The notes beneath the pieces were generated by a model. The model was not told the origin of the DNA and searched no databases. It saw nothing but the letters and a program-made list of their open reading frames with translations. 64,000 nt of DNA, taken from NCBI GenBank assembly GCA_963761335.1, contig CAVXGR010000015.1, forward strand, positions 1-64,000, written 5' to 3'. Position 1 is the stretch's first letter. Each line of letters begins with the position of its first letter. Below, piece by piece: positions 62,814 to 64,000 of the stretch. Origin of the DNA: an uncultured delta proteobacterium. Lineage in GTDB: Bacteria; Desulfobacterota; Binatia; HRBIN30; BPIQ01. The position numbers and the translations under genes are program-made.

Positions 62814-64000
62814 ACGAGATCCTGCCAGTTCGGTCCGTCGGTGAGAAAGTCGGCCGTCCAGTCGCGCATGCTGATGTCGCCGATCTTCAGCGTGTAGAAG
62901 CCCGGCAGCTCGAGGATGGTGTGCGATTCGCCGGTCTTGAGGAAACGCTTGAGCCGATCCGGATGCCGCTGCTGGACCTCGCCGCTGACGCTGCGCAGCA
63001 GTGCCTCGAAGTCGGTGGCGCTGATGTTGAAGAAGAAGCGCAGCACGCTGTCCTGCAGATAGTTGAAATAGGCGGCGCGCAGGTCCGGGTCGCGATCGAG
63101 AGCCCAGTCGGTCAGATAGGTGAGCTGCTCGCCGCACTGGGCGCAGCTCGTCGGGACGTACTGGGTGAACTTCCAGTTGTCGATACGATCCTGGATGGGC
63201 TGGGTATCGTCGGGGTTCTGCAATCCCGGGCCGGAGTCATCGAGGACCAGAAGGGGCGTGTCGGGATAGGCGACGCGAGTGACGGCATAGCCGGTGAAGG
63301 TCCCGAAGCCGCCGGCGCTGCTGCCACTGACCACGATGACGTTGGGGTCGGGGAACTCCTCCAGCATCAGACTGACGGCCGCGGACAGATTCTGCACGCC
63401 GTGGTGATAGGTCTGGTTGCCGTCGTAGTCGGCGACGTTGTCGCCGGCGTAGACGGACCCGTCACAGTAGGACGCGTAGATCACGTTCCAGCCGTCGAAG
63501 GGGTTGTTGACGTTGTTGGCCTCGAGGATGCCGACGCCTGCGGCGGGGCCCGCGGTCAGCTTGGCGAGCTGTTGTTGCCAGCAGGTCGCATAGTCCCAGC
63601 AGGCGCCGCCGCCTTCCAGATAGAGAAGGACCTTGTTGACGTTGCCGCGCCGCAGGTTCACCTGATACGGCGTTCCGCGGAGGCAGATGGCCTTACCGTC
63701 AGCCGGGTCATAGGTGTACTCCTCCCAATCGCCGTTCACGGACATGGCCGCCGGGGTAATGCCCAGGTACTTGCCGACTCCGGTGGCGGCGAGCTGCTCG
63801 GCGACCGGCACGGGGGTCTCCGTGGGCGTCGCGGTGGCGGGCACGCCGGTTGCGCTCGCCGTGGCCGTGGCGCTGGGCGACGGAGTGTCCGTCTCGGTCG
63901 CCGTGGTGCTCGGCACCGGCGTTTCGGTAGCGGTTGCCGGCAGCGGCGTCTCGGTCGCGATCTCCGCCGGCGTTGCGGTTCGCACCGGCGTCGTAGTCTC
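62807..64000 (-). CDS. Pectin acetylesterase-family hydrolase with PT linker (5' end outside window)
   Basis: YLEGGGACW, YCDGS, SGSSAGG, DDSG. Confidence 0.8.
   Translation of the reverse strand, partial: ETTTPVRTATPAEIATETPLPATATETPVPSTTATETDTPSPSATATASATGVPATATPTETPVPVAEQLAATGVGKYLGITPAAMSVNGDWEEYTYDPADGKAICLRGTPYQVNLRRGNVNKVLLYLEGGGACWDYATCWQQQLAKLTAGPAAGVGILEANNVNNPFDGWNVIYASYCDGSVYAGDNVADYDGNQTYHHGVQNLSAAVSLMLEEFPDPNVIVVSGSSAGGFGTFTGYAVTRVAYPDTPLLVLDDSGPGLQNPDDTQPIQDRIDNWKFTQYVPTSCAQCGEQLTYLTDWALDRDPDLRAAYFNYLQDSVLRFFFNISATDFEALLRSVSGEVQQRHPDRLKRFLKTGESHTILELPGFYTLKIGDISMRDWTADFLTDGPNWQDLVE

Overview
High-GC bacterial DNA. Pro/Thr-linker surface proteins and Myxococcus-type Cys-rich repeats suggest a deltaproteobacteria-like lineage such as Binatia (inference only). 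1-16.3 kb is a stack of cassettes at a comM (Mg-chelatase-like ATPase) integration site. It has two diverged comM 3' halves, three junction-adjacent XRE-HTH genes and no integrase in view. The cargo includes an SpvB/FG-GAP/Rhs toxin broken by a 72-bp micro-inversion, a candidate immunity lipoprotein, an Lnt and a YVTN surface protein. 17.8-30.3 kb is the most unusual locus, an apparently split Rhs system. One signal-peptide-bearing YD-repeat shell protein lacks the Rhs core and ends in a membrane-anchor signal. It is flanked by two separately secreted mini-Rhs proteins (last YD repeats + core + permuted papain-like His/Cys domain), followed by a Gly-rich lipoprotein and a remnant third mini-Rhs. 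No immunity gene is visible there. 31-64 kb is mostly ordinary metabolic and envelope genes, interspersed with several REP/MITE-like repeat families, some nested. Poly-T and clustered +1 frameshifts point to sequencing or consensus errors in places. No CRISPR array, rRNA or tRNA was recognised.
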